A stretch of DNA of 64,000 nucleotides, taken from positions 256,001 to 320,000 of the forward strand of contig CAVVMW010000019.1 of assembly GCA_963749495.1 (NCBI GenBank). The letters are read 5' to 3'. The notes beneath the pieces are model-generated. The model was not told the DNA's origin. It searched no databases and worked only from the letters and a program-made list of their open reading frames with translations. The translations under genes and the position numbers were made by a program. The stretch is from an uncultured bacterium (GTDB lineage Bacteria; Verrucomicrobiota; Verrucomicrobiia; Limisphaerales; UBA8199). Of this stretch, positions 9,945 through 20,480 are shown in pieces; the first letter of the stretch is position 1; each line of letters begins with the position of its first letter.

Positions 9945-11618
9945 ATGAGCAACGATACGGAATTATTGCGGCAGTATGTCGAGGGCGGCTCCGAGAGCGC
10001 TTTTACCGACCTGGTGCGGGAGCACCTTAACCTGGTCTATTCAGCGGCCCTGCGGGAGACGAGCGGCAACGGGGCGCTGGCGGAGGACCTCTCGCAAGCG
10101 GTGTTCCTGGAGTTGGCGCGCAAAGCTCCCCGGCTCCTGGGCCATCCCTGCGTGGCCGGCTGGCTCTACACTACGGTCCGTCATCTGGCGGCCAATTGGC
10201 GGCGTGCCGACCGGCACCGCCGGCAGCGCGAAGACGAGGCGCAGAGTATGAATGAGTTGCTTGCGGAGGACTCCCCCAACGAGGTCTGGCAAAGGATTCG
10301 GCCGGTGCTCGACGATGCGCTGCACGAATTGAAAGAGGCGGACCGCGCGGTCGTGGTGCTCCGTTTCCTGGAAGACCGGACCTTGGGCGAAGTCGGCGCG
10401 CGGCTTGGCCTGAGCGAAAACGCGGCGCGGATGCGAGTGGACCGGGCGCTGGAGAAGCTGCGCGGTCTGCTCGAGCGCCGCGGCATCACCTCGACAGCCT
10501 CCGGCCTAGCCGCCGCGTTCGCTATCGGGGCCGTCACTCCGGCCCCGGCTTCCCTGGCGGCCTCCATCGCCGGCGCCGCTCTGGCGAGCGGAACGGTTGC
10601 AGTTGCCGGTTCAACCACCCTGACCCTGATCAAACTTATGAGCATAACCAAAATCAAAGCGACTGTAATCGGCGCCCTGGTCCTGGCCGGCCTTGCCGTG
10701 CCCGCCTTGCAGCAAGCGCGCCTGGAGCGCGCGCGGTCCGAGAACGCTCGACTGCGCGCGCAGGAAACAGAGTTGCGCGCGCAGGCAACCGAACTGGCCG
10801 CCCTGCGCGGCGAGGCCGGGCGCGTGCGCGGCGTCGAGGCCGACAAGGCCGAGCTGGAGGGATTGCGCCAATGGAAGGCCCAGACCCAGCCCGAGCTGCT
10901 CCGCTTGCGCGGGATGGCCGGGGTTGCCCGGCGGGCGAACCTGGAGGCGGAGCAATTGCGGGCGCAGCTTGCCCGGCAGGCATCTGAGGGCGGCACCAAC
11001 TTGTTCTCCGGGGCGATGGCTGACGCGATGAAGCTGGCCATGGAGCAACAGGTCGAGGGCAAATTGTCCCGCCTGAGGGCCAGCCTGCACCTGACCCCGG
11101 AACAAATCGAGGCGGCCCGTGACATCCTCAAGCGGCAGGCGCAGGCGATGTCGGCGGGGATGCAGCGGGCCTTCTCGGGTAAGTTCGACAAAGAAGAGAT
11201 GACCAGGCTGAGCAAGGAATCAGGCAATCCGGACGAGCAAATCAAGGCGTTGCTGACCCCGGAGCAGAAGGCGGCCTACAAGGGCTATCAACAGGAAGAA
11301 GCCGCATACAATGCGCGCGCGGCGGCCAACGTGGAAGTGATGGCGATGCACTCCACCCTCGGCTTGACCTCGGAGCAGCAGGACCGGGCCTTTGCCGCCC
11401 TGTATGACGTGACCCTCAACCAGCTCACCGGTGACGCAAAACCAACCTCCACCAATATGGCAGAAGCTCTGGAGTGGCAGTTGGACCAGAAAACCAAGGC
11501 ACTCGAGCCCGTGCTGACGCCAACCCAGATGGAGAGTTATCGCCAACAGCAGGCGCTTCAGATCAAGCTCGCCAAGGATTTGATGAGCAAAATGGGGATG
11601 CCCGGCACGGGGAAATAG
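9945..11618 (+). CDS. ECF sigma-70 factor with transmembrane segment and long coiled-coil C-terminal extension
   Basis: SESAFTDLVREHLNLVYSAALR (region 2); EVGARLGLSENAARMRVDRALEKLR (region 4). Confidence 0.92.
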   Translation: MSNDTELLRQYVEGGSESAFTDLVREHLNLVYSAALRETSGNGALAEDLSQAVFLELARKAPRLLGHPCVAGWLYTTVRHLAANWRRADRHRRQREDEAQSMNELLAEDSPNEVWQRIRPVLDDALHELKEADRAVVVLRFLEDRTLGEVGARLGLSENAARMRVDRALEKLRGLLERRGITSTASGLAAAFAIGAVTPAPASLAASIAGAALASGTVAVAGSTTLTLIKLMSITKIKATVIGALVLAGLAVPALQQARLERARSENARLRAQETELRAQATELAALRGEAGRVRGVEADKAELEGLRQWKAQTQPELLRLRGMAGVARRANLEAEQLRAQLARQASEGGTNLFSGAMADAMKLAMEQQVEGKLSRLRASLHLTPEQIEAARDILKRQAQAMSAGMQRAFSGKFDKEEMTRLSKESGNPDEQIKALLTPEQKAAYKGYQQEEAAYNARAAANVEVMAMHSTLGLTSEQQDRAFAALYDVTLNQLTGDAKPTSTNMAEALEWQLDQKTKALEPVLTPTQMESYRQQQALQIKLAKDLMSKMGMPGTGK

Positions 11619-11706
11619 CCGAGGGACGAGGGTCGAGGGGCCGAAGGCGAGGGGAAGCCTGGGTGGGACGGGCGTGCGTGGGATAACAGGACACCAGCAG
11701 GCATCT

Positions 11707-11790
11707 ATGAGCCAGAACACGCAGGACAATCTCGGTGCGTATCGTAAGGCCAGGCAGTTATTCGACGTGGTCCTGCTCGATATGGACGGC
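11707..11790 (+). pseudogene. N-terminal remnant of a four-helix-bundle (23S rRNA IVP-like) protein
   Basis: MSQNTQDNLGAYRKARQLFDVVLLDM resembles helix 1 of this family, then runs into heptamer repeats. Confidence 0.55.
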
Positions 11791-11873
11791 CCTGAATCTT
11801 TGGCCCTCGACCCTCGACAATCGACGCTTCTCCGTCCCTGGTCCCTCGCCCCTCGCCCCTCGCCCCTCGTCCC

Positions 11874-14444
11874 ATGGTCTGGCCGCCCCTGATAGAACGG
11901 GAACTGCGCGTGGCGTTGCGCAAGAAGCAGCCGGCGCGCAGCCGGCTCATGACCGCTTCGGCCCTGGTGGCGGTGTCTTTGGCCTTCCTCTTAATCGGGG
12001 TGCTCACCAATGGCAGGGAAGCGGGGCGGCGCCTGCACCAACTCCTCTTTCTGGTCGGGCTCTATTGGGTCGTGCGGACCCCCGGCCGCATCGCCGGGGC
12101 CTTTGCCGAGGAACGCCGCTGCCGCACGCTGGGGCTGCTCTTCCTGAGCGGCCTGGGCGCCGCCGAGGTCTTTGCCAGCAAAGTCCTCAGCTCGGCTTTG
12201 ATCGCCCTGACGGACCTGCTGGCCATGTTCCCGATGCTGGCCCTGCCGTTCCTGGTCGGCGGGACCTCCTACGACCTGTTCCTCGACACGGTCGTTTGCC
12301 TGCCCAACCTGATGCTCCTGGCCCTGGCCGTCGGACTCCTGGCGTCGGCTCTGACCGTAGATGAGAGCGCGGCAGTCGTGCTCGCGGCGGCGCTGGGGAC
12401 GGCGATTTGCGCGCTGCCGGTGGCCGTCTATTATGGGCTGTGGGCCATTTCTGCCGGCCAACCCTCGCTCGGGTGGCTGCGGCTGAGCCCGGGCTGGGCC
12501 GCCTGGTCCATCTGGGACGCGATTGGCATCGGCAGACGAGCGGACGTATGGACCAACTTCGGAGTCACGTTGGGTTGGTCGGCGATCTGCCTTGGGGGGG
12601 CCGCGATTGTCCTGAAGCGGCTCTGGCGTGGGCAGGAGGAGGGCGCCCCCCGCTCGGTCTGGCGCCAGCGCTGGCAGAGTTGGGTCCATGGAGACAGCGC
12701 CTGGCGCAAGCGCCTGGCGGCGGAGTGGCTCGATGCCAAACCCCCTCAAGGGAAACGGCCCTTTCGTGCGGGCAATCCGTTTGTGTGGCTGGCCGCGCGG
12801 GACCGCCAGCCGGCCGTATTGGCGTGGCTGGTCGTGGGCGGCATCACCGGCGCCTGGCTGCTCTGCTGGGCCCTATGGCGGGCCCGCTGGCCGAGCGTGC
12901 CCAACTTTTTCATCACGGCCACTCTGTTGCTCTCGAGCCTGGCCTGGATCATCCGTCAGACGGCGGCCAAGGCCCTGGCCGATGCCCGGCACGACGGCAG
13001 TTATGAGCTGCTGCTCACGACGCCCCTCCAACCGAGCGAGATCGTCTCGGGCGGGCTGGGAGCCCTCGGCTGGCACTTCCGTGCCGTGGGGCGGTGCGTC
13101 CTGGGCCTGGACGCGCTCATGCTGTTCGCGGGCCTGGCCCTGCGTCCCTGGCAGCCGGGAGCCCTGTTCGTCTATCTGGCGGTGTGGGCCTGGTTGCTCT
13201 GGCTTTCCTGGCGCTTGAGCTGGGATTGGCGTTCCTGCCTCCTGGTGATGTGGGCCGGCCTCAATAGCGGCCGGCCCGCCCTCGCGGTTTGGCGGGCGAC
13301 CGGCGTGCATTCGCATCGGGTGATCGCCCTCTGCTGGGTCTTCAACGTCTTCTGCTTCTGGGGCTGGAAAACGTTCTCCCATTGGTCGTCTTTCCCTTCA
13401 GGCTCGACCAATCAAGTGGTCCTCGCCTCATGTGCGGCATTGCTTCTCCTGCTCTCCCTCCTGGGGGCATACCTCGGTCTGGATAAGTTGCGCGCACCAC
13501 GGGAGCGCCGCCTCGTCGCGGAATTCCGGGACATCGTCCGCGAGCCGTTGCCGGACCGGGATGACCGCCGATTCAGGAAGTGGAACCATCACGAGCGATT
13601 CCCATGGTGGGAGTGGGAGGCGCTTCAACAGAGGACGTTGGGGGAAACTCTATGGCGGAACTACCCCGAGCGATTCCCCTGGTGGCGGGCAGCCAGGCGG
13701 AAGCCCGGGATACGGAGCCCCGCGGAAGACGCGAATGAGAGCGAACGACCGCAGGCCTCGCGAGCGCATCCCGACAGTGCCCCCGGAGTGCGCCCGTCCC
13801 CGGGCGCAGCAGCGACCGAGCGGGCAGGCGCGCCGGAGTGTTTGACCGCAACCCTGGCTCCGGGCGTCGCTGCGCCCGAGGACGGGCGCACTCCGGGCCG
13901 GTTCCCGGCGGTTGGGGCAGTGTCGGGAGGCGCCCAGGCCTCGCCTGAGGCCTCTGATCCCAGCCTGCCCGCCTCCGGACCTGCTGCGGCCGCGGACGCG
14001 CCCGCTCCGGCGGCAGCATGGGGAGCCGCCCTGAGTCCGCCCTATCCCTGCGGGCGTGGCCAACCGTGGCCCGCGCAACCGCTGAAACCGGCCGGGAAGC
14101 CTCTTGAAACCGAGACGAATTGGATGCTGGCAGCGGTTGGTCTGTTAGGCGCCGGCGCCGTGTTCGCGGTCATGGGCGCGGCTATTGGGGTTGTAGCGGC
14201 GGCTGTCTATCATCTTGTCACACATCCGCCATTCGGCAGCCTGACGGAAGAGACCTGCGAGCGGCTTGTCTTGCGCGGGGGTTGTGCCGGGGCGTGCATT
14301 GGAGGGGTTCTCGGGCTGATTTTCATAGTGTGTTTTTTCCTTGTCATATTGCCTCGTCAAACTCGCGCCCTGCCACCCTCGCGCCGGCCTGTGCCGCCCG
14401 GGAACCGGAACCGCCCGGCCGCGCCGTCCCGAAGGGACACTTGA
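11874..14444 (+). CDS. ABC-2-type permease-like membrane protein with low-complexity C-terminal read-through
   Basis: PLIERELRVALR, EERRCRTLGLLFLS, GSYELLLTTPL motifs; many TM segments; region after about 13690 contains a repeat insertion. Confidence 0.75.
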   Translation: MVWPPLIERELRVALRKKQPARSRLMTASALVAVSLAFLLIGVLTNGREAGRRLHQLLFLVGLYWVVRTPGRIAGAFAEERRCRTLGLLFLSGLGAAEVFASKVLSSALIALTDLLAMFPMLALPFLVGGTSYDLFLDTVVCLPNLMLLALAVGLLASALTVDESAAVVLAAALGTAICALPVAVYYGLWAISAGQPSLGWLRLSPGWAAWSIWDAIGIGRRADVWTNFGVTLGWSAICLGGAAIVLKRLWRGQEEGAPRSVWRQRWQSWVHGDSAWRKRLAAEWLDAKPPQGKRPFRAGNPFVWLAARDRQPAVLAWLVVGGITGAWLLCWALWRARWPSVPNFFITATLLLSSLAWIIRQTAAKALADARHDGSYELLLTTPLQPSEIVSGGLGALGWHFRAVGRCVLGLDALMLFAGLALRPWQPGALFVYLAVWAWLLWLSWRLSWDWRSCLLVMWAGLNSGRPALAVWRATGVHSHRVIALCWVFNVFCFWGWKTFSHWSSFPSGSTNQVVLASCAALLLLLSLLGAYLGLDKLRAPRERRLVAEFRDIVREPLPDRDDRRFRKWNHHERFPWWEWEALQQRTLGETLWRNYPERFPWWRAARRKPGIRSPAEDANESERPQASRAHPDSAPGVRPSPGAAATERAGAPECLTATLAPGVAAPEDGRTPGRFPAVGAVSGGAQASPEASDPSLPASGPAAAADAPAPAAAWGAALSPPYPCGRGQPWPAQPLKPAGKPLETETNWMLAAVGLLGAGAVFAVMGAAIGVVAAAVYHLVTHPPFGSLTEETCERLVLRGGCAGACIGGVLGLIFIVCFFLVILPRQTRALPPSRRPVPPGNRNRPAAPSRRDT
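13782..13897. repeat. Palindromic element (CCCGGAGTGCGCCCGTCCCCGGGCGCAGC arms) in frame within the permease ORF
   Basis: 29-bp inverted arms with one mismatch. Confidence 0.85.
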
Positions 14445-14511
14445 GAGTAGCCCGGGGTTCAGGCCGCCAGGCCGAGGCCTTACTGCACCGGACTCTGGAT
14501 GACTCCGGTGT

Positions 14512-14590
14512 CTTTGTCGCAACCTCTGTCGCATTCTTTGTCGAATTGGGCCGGTTGTCAACAAAGGTAGCGACAAAGGCAACGACAAAG
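14512..14590. repeat. Family C element core (CTTTGTCGC units inverted against GCGACAAAG units)
   Basis: Same period-12 core as at 45157, 49230 and 55680. Confidence 0.8.
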
Positions 14591-14699
14591 GTCCCGAAAG
14601 CCACTCAAAGTGCGGCGCAGCGGGCCGAGGCCCTGGGCGATTCAGATCTTCCAGGGTGAGCGATTCTTGGCCGGCCAATACCGGCGTGCGCCTCGTCGC

Positions 14700-14903
14700 G
14701 GCCCGACGGGCCGCCAGAGCCTAGCCCAGGCTGAGGCCGGCAGGCCGATGCCCTGGGTTTCGTTGCAGAGGCGGAGCCCGCGCCCTGAAGGGGCGCCAGA
14801 GTCTTGCGCCCTTTCAGGGCGCGATTGATTTCGCCGGCCATGTACCCAGGGCATCGGCCTTGCGGCCTCAGCCCTGGGCTAGGCTCTGCCGGCGCTTTGG
14901 GCC
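14700..14903. repeat. Long nested palindrome (AGCCCAGGCTGAGGCCG...GCCCTGAAGGGGCG / CGCCCTTTCAGGGCG...CGGCCTCAGCCCTGGGCT)
   Basis: Arms are reverse complements over most of about 200 bp; REP/REPIN-like. Confidence 0.8.
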
Positions 14904-14965
14904 GGGAGTTAAAAACGGTCCCTATTTTGTCCTGCGCCTCCCGGGCGGTTCCCCGAATTTTCTTG

Positions 14966-15006
14966 TTGACACTACTATGGTCATAGTATTTACTATGAAC
15001 ATAGTA
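14966..15006 (+). promoter_or_regulatory. Promoter with two tandem BlaI-type operator palindromes
   Basis: TTGACA at 14966-14971; TACTATG-NN-CATAGTA at 14973-14988 and 14991-15006, the second overlapping the blaI-like start codon. Confidence 0.85.
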
Positions 15007-15428
15007 TGAAGATGAAACCCGTTCAGCCATCCAAACTCGAGGCGCAGGTCCTCTCGGTGCTCTGGGAGCGCGGGGCCGCCACGGTGCGCGCGGTGCTCGA
15101 GGCCATGCCCGACGGCAAGACGCGCGCCTACACGACCATCCTCTCGGTCCTCCAGGTCATGGAACGGAAGGGACTGGTCCGCCACACCGCCCAGGGCAAC
15201 ACGCACGTCTATGAGGCGCGGGTGACGCGGGAGCAGGTGACCGGCCCGCTGCTGCGCAACCTGGTGCGGGACCTGTTTGGCGGCAGCGCGGTGTCGGCGC
15301 TGCAGCACCTGCTGGCGCAAAACGAGGTCACGCCGCAGGAGATGGGCGAGATCCGGCGCCTGCTGGCCGAGCACGCGCACGACCGGCCGGCGGCGGCCAA
15401 AGCGGCGCCGGCAAGGAGGGGCCGATGA
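15006..15428 (+). CDS. BlaI/MecI/CopY-family transcriptional repressor
   Basis: LEAQVLSVLWERGAATVRAV...AYTTILSVLQVMERKGLV...LFGGS. Confidence 0.93.
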   Translation: MKMKPVQPSKLEAQVLSVLWERGAATVRAVLEAMPDGKTRAYTTILSVLQVMERKGLVRHTAQGNTHVYEARVTREQVTGPLLRNLVRDLFGGSAVSALQHLLAQNEVTPQEMGEIRRLLAEHAHDRPAAAKAAPARRGR

Positions 15429-18400
15429 ACTTGACCATGAACACATTGCTGCAATCGCTGGCCTCGGACAACTGGGCGCGGGTGGTTCAGGCCCTGTTTC
15501 ACACGCTCTGGGTCGGGGCGCTGCTGGCGCTGGTTTTGGGCCTGGTCCTGCGGCGGACCACCAATCCATTCGTGCGCTATCGCGCCTGCGTGGCGGCCTT
15601 GACCGGTGTCTTGTTTGGCGGGCTGGTGGCCTGGGCTTGGCTGGAGATCGGGCCCGCCCCACTCTCCGAAACGGCCGGTTCCGCAAGTCACGTTTCACGT
15701 TTCACGGTTCACGCCCCGCCTTCCGCCGCCCCGCTTTCCCAAACCGCCGATTCCCTAAATCAGGTTTCACGTTTCACGTTTCACGCCTCCCCCTCCGCCG
15801 GGCAGCCGGCAGGCTTGCGCGCATTCGGAAATCGTTGCCGCTCCTGGCTGCCGTGGCTGGCGTTGGGGTGGCTGCTCGGGACGGCGTTCATGCTGGCGCG
15901 TTCCGTGGCGAGCGTGGTGGGGGCGGAGAGGCTGCGCGCCTCCGCCGCGCCTTTGGAGGATGAGGGGGTGCAGCGGTTGGTCCAGGCGGCGCGCCGCCGC
16001 CTGGCCATGACCCGGCAGGTCCGCCTGGCCGTGACGGAGAAGCTCGCCTCGCCCGCGGTCGTGGGGGTGGTCGTGCCCACGCTGATCCTCCCGCTCACGT
16101 TGCTCACGACGATTCCAGCCAATCAACTGCAGTTGATCCTGCTGCACGAGCTGGCCCACGTCCGGCGCGGGGATTACCTGGCCAACCTCTTCCAGTTCGT
16201 CATCGAATCGGTCCTGTTTTTCAACCCCGCCGTCTGGTGGCTGAGCCGCCAGATGCGGGTCGAGCGGGAGGCCTGCTGCAACGCGTTGGCCGCGGGCCCG
16301 GCGCAAGACCGCCTGGAATACGCCCGCGCCCTGGCCTGTGTGGCGGAACAGGCGCTGGGGTCCGCGCCGGCAGCCGCCCCGGCGTTCGCCGACCGCCGCC
16401 ATCCCTCGGCGCTCCGGGACCGCCTCCAGCGGTTGCTGGTGCCGGGCTATCGCCCCGCGCTGCGCTTGACCTGGAAAGCCCTGCTGGCCTCGCTCTTCCT
16501 GGGCGGCGCGCTGCTTCTGCTCTCGGCCCTGGGGACTCGGTGGACCATCAAGGCCGCCGCACAACTCCTCTCGCCCCAGCAACGCATCGAGCGCATCGAG
16601 AACGCCATGAAAAAGATGGGCGAACCGCCCGCCGATTTCACGGGAGAGAACGATTTGCACATCCCGGCCACGGTCGTGCTGCGGACCCCGGACGGCTCGG
16701 CCCTGCCGCGCGGTGCTCACGGGGCCTTCATCAGCTTGTGGCCCAGGCACTCCGCGGTGATCGGAGTCACACCGGATGAGAATGGCGTCTGCAGAGCCAG
16801 CGTGTCCAAGGGCACTTTGTTCTTCTACGCCATTGGCGCGGAAGGATTCGCCCCGGCCTATCTCGGCCCGATTGCCACCCGCGCCAGCAACGAGGTCGAA
16901 AACATCGAATTGATTCTCCAACCCGGGTTCCCGGTTTCCATCAAGGCGATAGACGCTGACTCCGGCCAGCCGCTGGCTGATGCCACACTCAATTGCCAGT
17001 TCTCATTCCCGGATGCCGGGCAGAATCTGGGTGCCCCGCTTCCGGTCGAGGCTGATGAGCAAGGGATCGCCAGGCTGGTTCACTCCGTTTCGCTGCCGCT
17101 GGGCGTCACCGTGATAAAACCCGGATATGAAATGGTCGAAGAGCGCTTCGATCCTCCCAAGTCAAATGCCTTACTGACCGTCTCGGCACGCCGGGCCTTG
17201 CCGCTGGCCGGCCGCCTCACGGACGCCACCGGCGGGCCGGTCCCGGAGGCAGGGCTTTATATCCTGCGCGCGGACAATGCCCCGGGCCTTTACGGCAGCT
17301 CACCCGATCACCCAGGTCATCCGCTGACAGTAACCGACGCTCAAGGCCGATACCTCTTGAACCAGCTCCCGCGAAGCGGCTGGTTCTGGCTGCTCATCCG
17401 GGCTGAGGGCCACCCCGACGCCATCCTCTCCGAGTGCACCCGGGCCAGACCAACCTCGAGACCGCCCTGGGACCCGAACTGCGGGTCGGCGGGCGCGTCA
17501 CCGGCAACCTGGACGCGCTGCCGCGCAGCAACCAGGGGCCCAGACTCATCTGTGGCAATGAGTACCCGAGCAGGCAACAACTCCCACCGCACCTCCAAGT
17601 CCGTGCCGGTCCGCATCGAAGGCGACACCGGCTACTTCGAGTTCGTCAGCCCGGTTGCGGGCCTGGTGACACTCGAGCGCCGGCGACCGGGTCTTCAAGC
17701 GCGAGGTCAACGCCCCGGTCAAGGACTGGGTCATCAATTTGTCGCCGGAAACCAACCCGCCCCCGGTCCGGACTGTTACCTTGCGCTTCGAACATCCCTC
17801 GAAAGTCCCTCCCCAAGGCACGGTCTCCGTCCTCCTGCCCACTCGAGAGCCGAACATGGCCGCGTCCAAGGAAATGGAGATTCGCGACGGCGAGGTTTCC
17901 TTCGAGGTGCCCGTGGGGCGCGCCTTCTCCTTTAGCCGGCCCATACGGTTGGCTATTGGTTCGAGCAGGAAATGAACGTCAAGGTCAACGATGGCGCCGG
18001 GCCGCTGGTCATCTCCGTGCCGGTGATCCCGGCCGGCGCCATCTATGCCCAGGCCCGAAAGGCAGACGGCTCGCTCGCCGGCAATGTCTCATTCACGGTC
18101 GCGGAGGTGAAGCGGTCGCCCCTGGCCAAACCGGAAGGATTCCCAACCACGCCCAGCTCCGATGGTTGGTCGCCGGACGGGGGACCGCGCAAATATGTGG
18201 CCAGCCCGTTGCCTTTGGGCGGCACCTACCTGGTCATCGCCTGGCAAACCAACAGCTTCGCAGTGAGCGAGCCGATCAAGCTCACCGAAGAGGATCCGGA
18301 CCGGCAGGTGGAACTCCAGTTCACACGGGGCGTCTCCATCACCGGCCAGGTTGTCTCCCAGGCGGGCAGGCCCCTTCCCCATGCGCCCGTGGACTTGTCC

Positions 18401-18886
18401 TGGAACCATCCGAATCACGGCTTCGGGATGCCGGGGCGCCTGGCCGACCAGGATGGCCGGTTCACTTTCGACAACTGCAACCCGCGCCTCGGGCAATACA
18501 TGGTCACCGCCCGCAGCCCCGGGTGCCGCTCGTCGAGGCAGCAGGTCAATTTCTCCAAGCTGCCTCTCACGGTCCGGCTCGAACCCGGGGTCAAGCTGAG
18601 CGGGCGCATTATCGAGGCCAAGTCGAAACGGCCCATTGTCTCCGCCGAGGTGCGCGCCACGGCCGAGTCGGGCAATTTCCCGGGCGAAACCACCCGGACC
18701 GACGAGCAGGGCCGGTTCTCCTTCGATACCTTGAACGATGCGAGATACCGGCTGTATGTGGAGGGCTGCAATCCTGCGGACAGCAGGCTCGACCGTCTCT
18801 ACAAGGCCGGTGCGGCCCAGCCGGTCCAACTCGACATGACAATCATCCAGGGCGCCACCGTCAAGCTGGGCGAGGAACGGCCCTAA
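15425..18886 (+). CDS. BlaR1/M56-family peptidase with carboxypeptidase-regulatory-like beta domains; several frameshifts between about 17430 and 17970
   Basis: ILLHELAHVRRGD (HEXXH), FFNPAVWWLSRQMRVEREACC; protein-like sequence continues in ORFs 17434, 17739 and 17972..18886 (TDEQGRFSF repeats); ATGA overlap with blaI. Confidence 0.85.
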
Positions 18887-18962
18887 GGGGAGGGCACAGG
18901 CGTGGTTGGCATTCTCGCCACCGGGCACGATAAAATCCTCGGGTCCGCGTTGCGGGAGTCTT

Positions 18963-19080
18963 GTCCCGGAGGGACGTTTGAGAATAGCCCAAGGTTTCAA
19001 CCTTGGGGTCCAGGCGAAGATGCGCAAAGTCCCGAAGGGACGGCTGAAAACCGCCGGCGTTTCAGCCGTCCCTTCGGGAC
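18963..19080. repeat. Family B REP-like element (GTCCCGGAGGGAC...AATAGCCC...GTCCCGAAGGGACGGCTGA/TCAGCCGTCCCTTCGGGAC), right end missing
   Basis: Matches copies at 22103, 32548 and 44949. Confidence 0.88.
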
Positions 19081-19096
19081 TCGAGGTGCCGACGGA

Positions 19097-19301
19097 ATCA
19101 GCAGGATCTTCGCTCGCAACTCCGCGGTGATCTTCCAACGGTCCTTGGGCCCGCGGCGCTCCGGCATCAACCCTCGCATTCCCCCGCGCTCAAATTCCGC
19201 GACGCACCTCTGCACTGAATTGACGTGCCGCTCAAACGCCTCGGCCAACTCTTGCCCCGTGGCCAACCCGCACTGGTGCAACTGGGCAATCGCCAGGCGG
19301 G
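19097..19301 (-). pseudogene. Fragment of an HTH-containing transposase N-terminus
   Basis: QELAEAFERHVNSVQRCVAEFERGGMRGLMPERRGPK...ITAELRAKILL; no own start or stop. Confidence 0.65.
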
Positions 19302-19541
19302 AAATGACAAGACCTGACCCCAGTGGTTTGGTTAGTACCCGGAAATGTTGGAGCATAACGCGGTCGTTCGGGGTCGGCGAGGGTGAGGCCGTTGGAGGGC
19401 ATGCCCACAGCGACCCCTCCGGCGTCGGGGACCCCCGGTCCTCGATCCCTCCCACACCCTTATTAGAGTTGAAGTCTGCGCCAAATTCGGCCATGCTACT
19501 GACGATGGCCAACGCCAAAGAACCTGAAACAACCCTGGGTT

Positions 19542-19778
19542 ATGATTAGCGTAATCATCGGAACACGGGGCGAAATCGCCCTGCCGGACGAAGTGCGCCA
19601 GCGCTACGGCATGGAGGCAGAAACGCCATTACGTGTGATTGAAACCCGCAATGGCGTCCTGCTGGTGCCCTTGACCGATGCGCCAATGTCGCCCGAACTC
19701 CAAGGGGAGTTGGCCGAGTGGCAATCGCTTGGTTCCAGGTCTTGGGGGATGTTCGAATTTCGCGACGAGGACCGATGA
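19542..19778 (+). CDS. AbrB/MazE-family antitoxin
   Basis: IGTRGEIALPDEVRQRYGM...LRVIETRNGVLLVP; ATGA overlap with the toxin. Confidence 0.85.
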   Translation: MISVIIGTRGEIALPDEVRQRYGMEAETPLRVIETRNGVLLVPLTDAPMSPELQGELAEWQSLGSRSWGMFEFRDEDR

Positions 19779-20119
19779 TCGTCGGTGACCTTTTCTGGGT
19801 CGAGTTCCCAACCGGCGCAGGACGGGCTCAATCTGGCCGGCGTCCAGCGCTGATTGTTCAAACCCCGGCGGTAACCGGGAAGCTTCCCACGGTTTTAGTC
19901 GTTCCACTCACGACACAACTGGACGCCCTTCGTTTTCCTGGCACGGTTCTCGTCGAAGCCGATGCCGAGAACCATCTGCGGCATCCTTCGGTGGCGCTGG
20001 TGTTTCAGTTGAGCGTCCTGGACAAACGGTTTCTCAGCCAGCGGCTGGGCCGCGTTTCTCCGGGGGTGTTGGAGAAGGTTTGGTCCGCGATGGACGAAAT
20101 CACTGGCCGTGGCCCGTGA
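19775..20119 (+). CDS. PemK/MazF-family toxin
   Basis: GDLFWVEFP...QSGRRPALIVQ...VLVVPLTT...SVALVFQLSVLDK.FL..RLGRV. Confidence 0.92.
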   Translation: MIVGDLFWVEFPTGAGRAQSGRRPALIVQTPAVTGKLPTVLVVPLTTQLDALRFPGTVLVEADAENHLRHPSVALVFQLSVLDKRFLSQRLGRVSPGVLEKVWSAMDEITGRGP

Positions 20120-20215
20120 GTGAGCAGCGGAGTTTTCCCAGGCGCAGGTGGGAGCCTTCCCTTCGGGACTCAAGGTGCCGACGGAGCGAGGCAGGCGCGT
20201 CCGGAGTCGCGGAGC

Positions 20216-20295
20216 GTTTTGGACTGCGGCAGTCCTCTGCCGCTTTTCGGACTCTGGGGACGCGAAAGCGCCAGAGGACTGGCGCAGTCCAAAAC
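20216..20295. repeat. REP-like hairpin (TTTTGGACTGCGGCAGTCCTCTG / CAGAGGACTGGCGCAGTCCAAAA)
   Basis: Imperfect inverted arms; related half-copy near 61490-61525. Confidence 0.8.
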
Positions 20296-20312
20296 CTTGC
20301 GGGCTTCGCGGC

Positions 20313-20480
20313 GACCCCTTTAATTCTGCGTGATCTGCGTGGTCTGCGGGCGCATCCCCGCCCTTCCGGCTTGCCATCCTGCTGGGGCGCCTTACGCTGG
20401 TTTTCATGAAACTTCGAGCCGTTCCCCTCCTGCTGCCGCTCCTTTTGGCCGCCGTTTGCTGCGGGTTGCCTTGGGCGGCG
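20313..20480 (+). repeat. Direct duplicate of the upstream region and signal-peptide codons of the GH2 gene (27056-27214)
   Basis: About 8 mismatches over 147 bp by eye; MKLRAVPLLLPLLLAAVCCGLP versus MKPRIVPLLLPLLSAAVCCGLP. Confidence 0.92.

Noticed and set aside
11707..11790. DGR accessory Avd gene
   Set aside because: The fold family is related but this is only a stub, with no RT or TR/VR nearby
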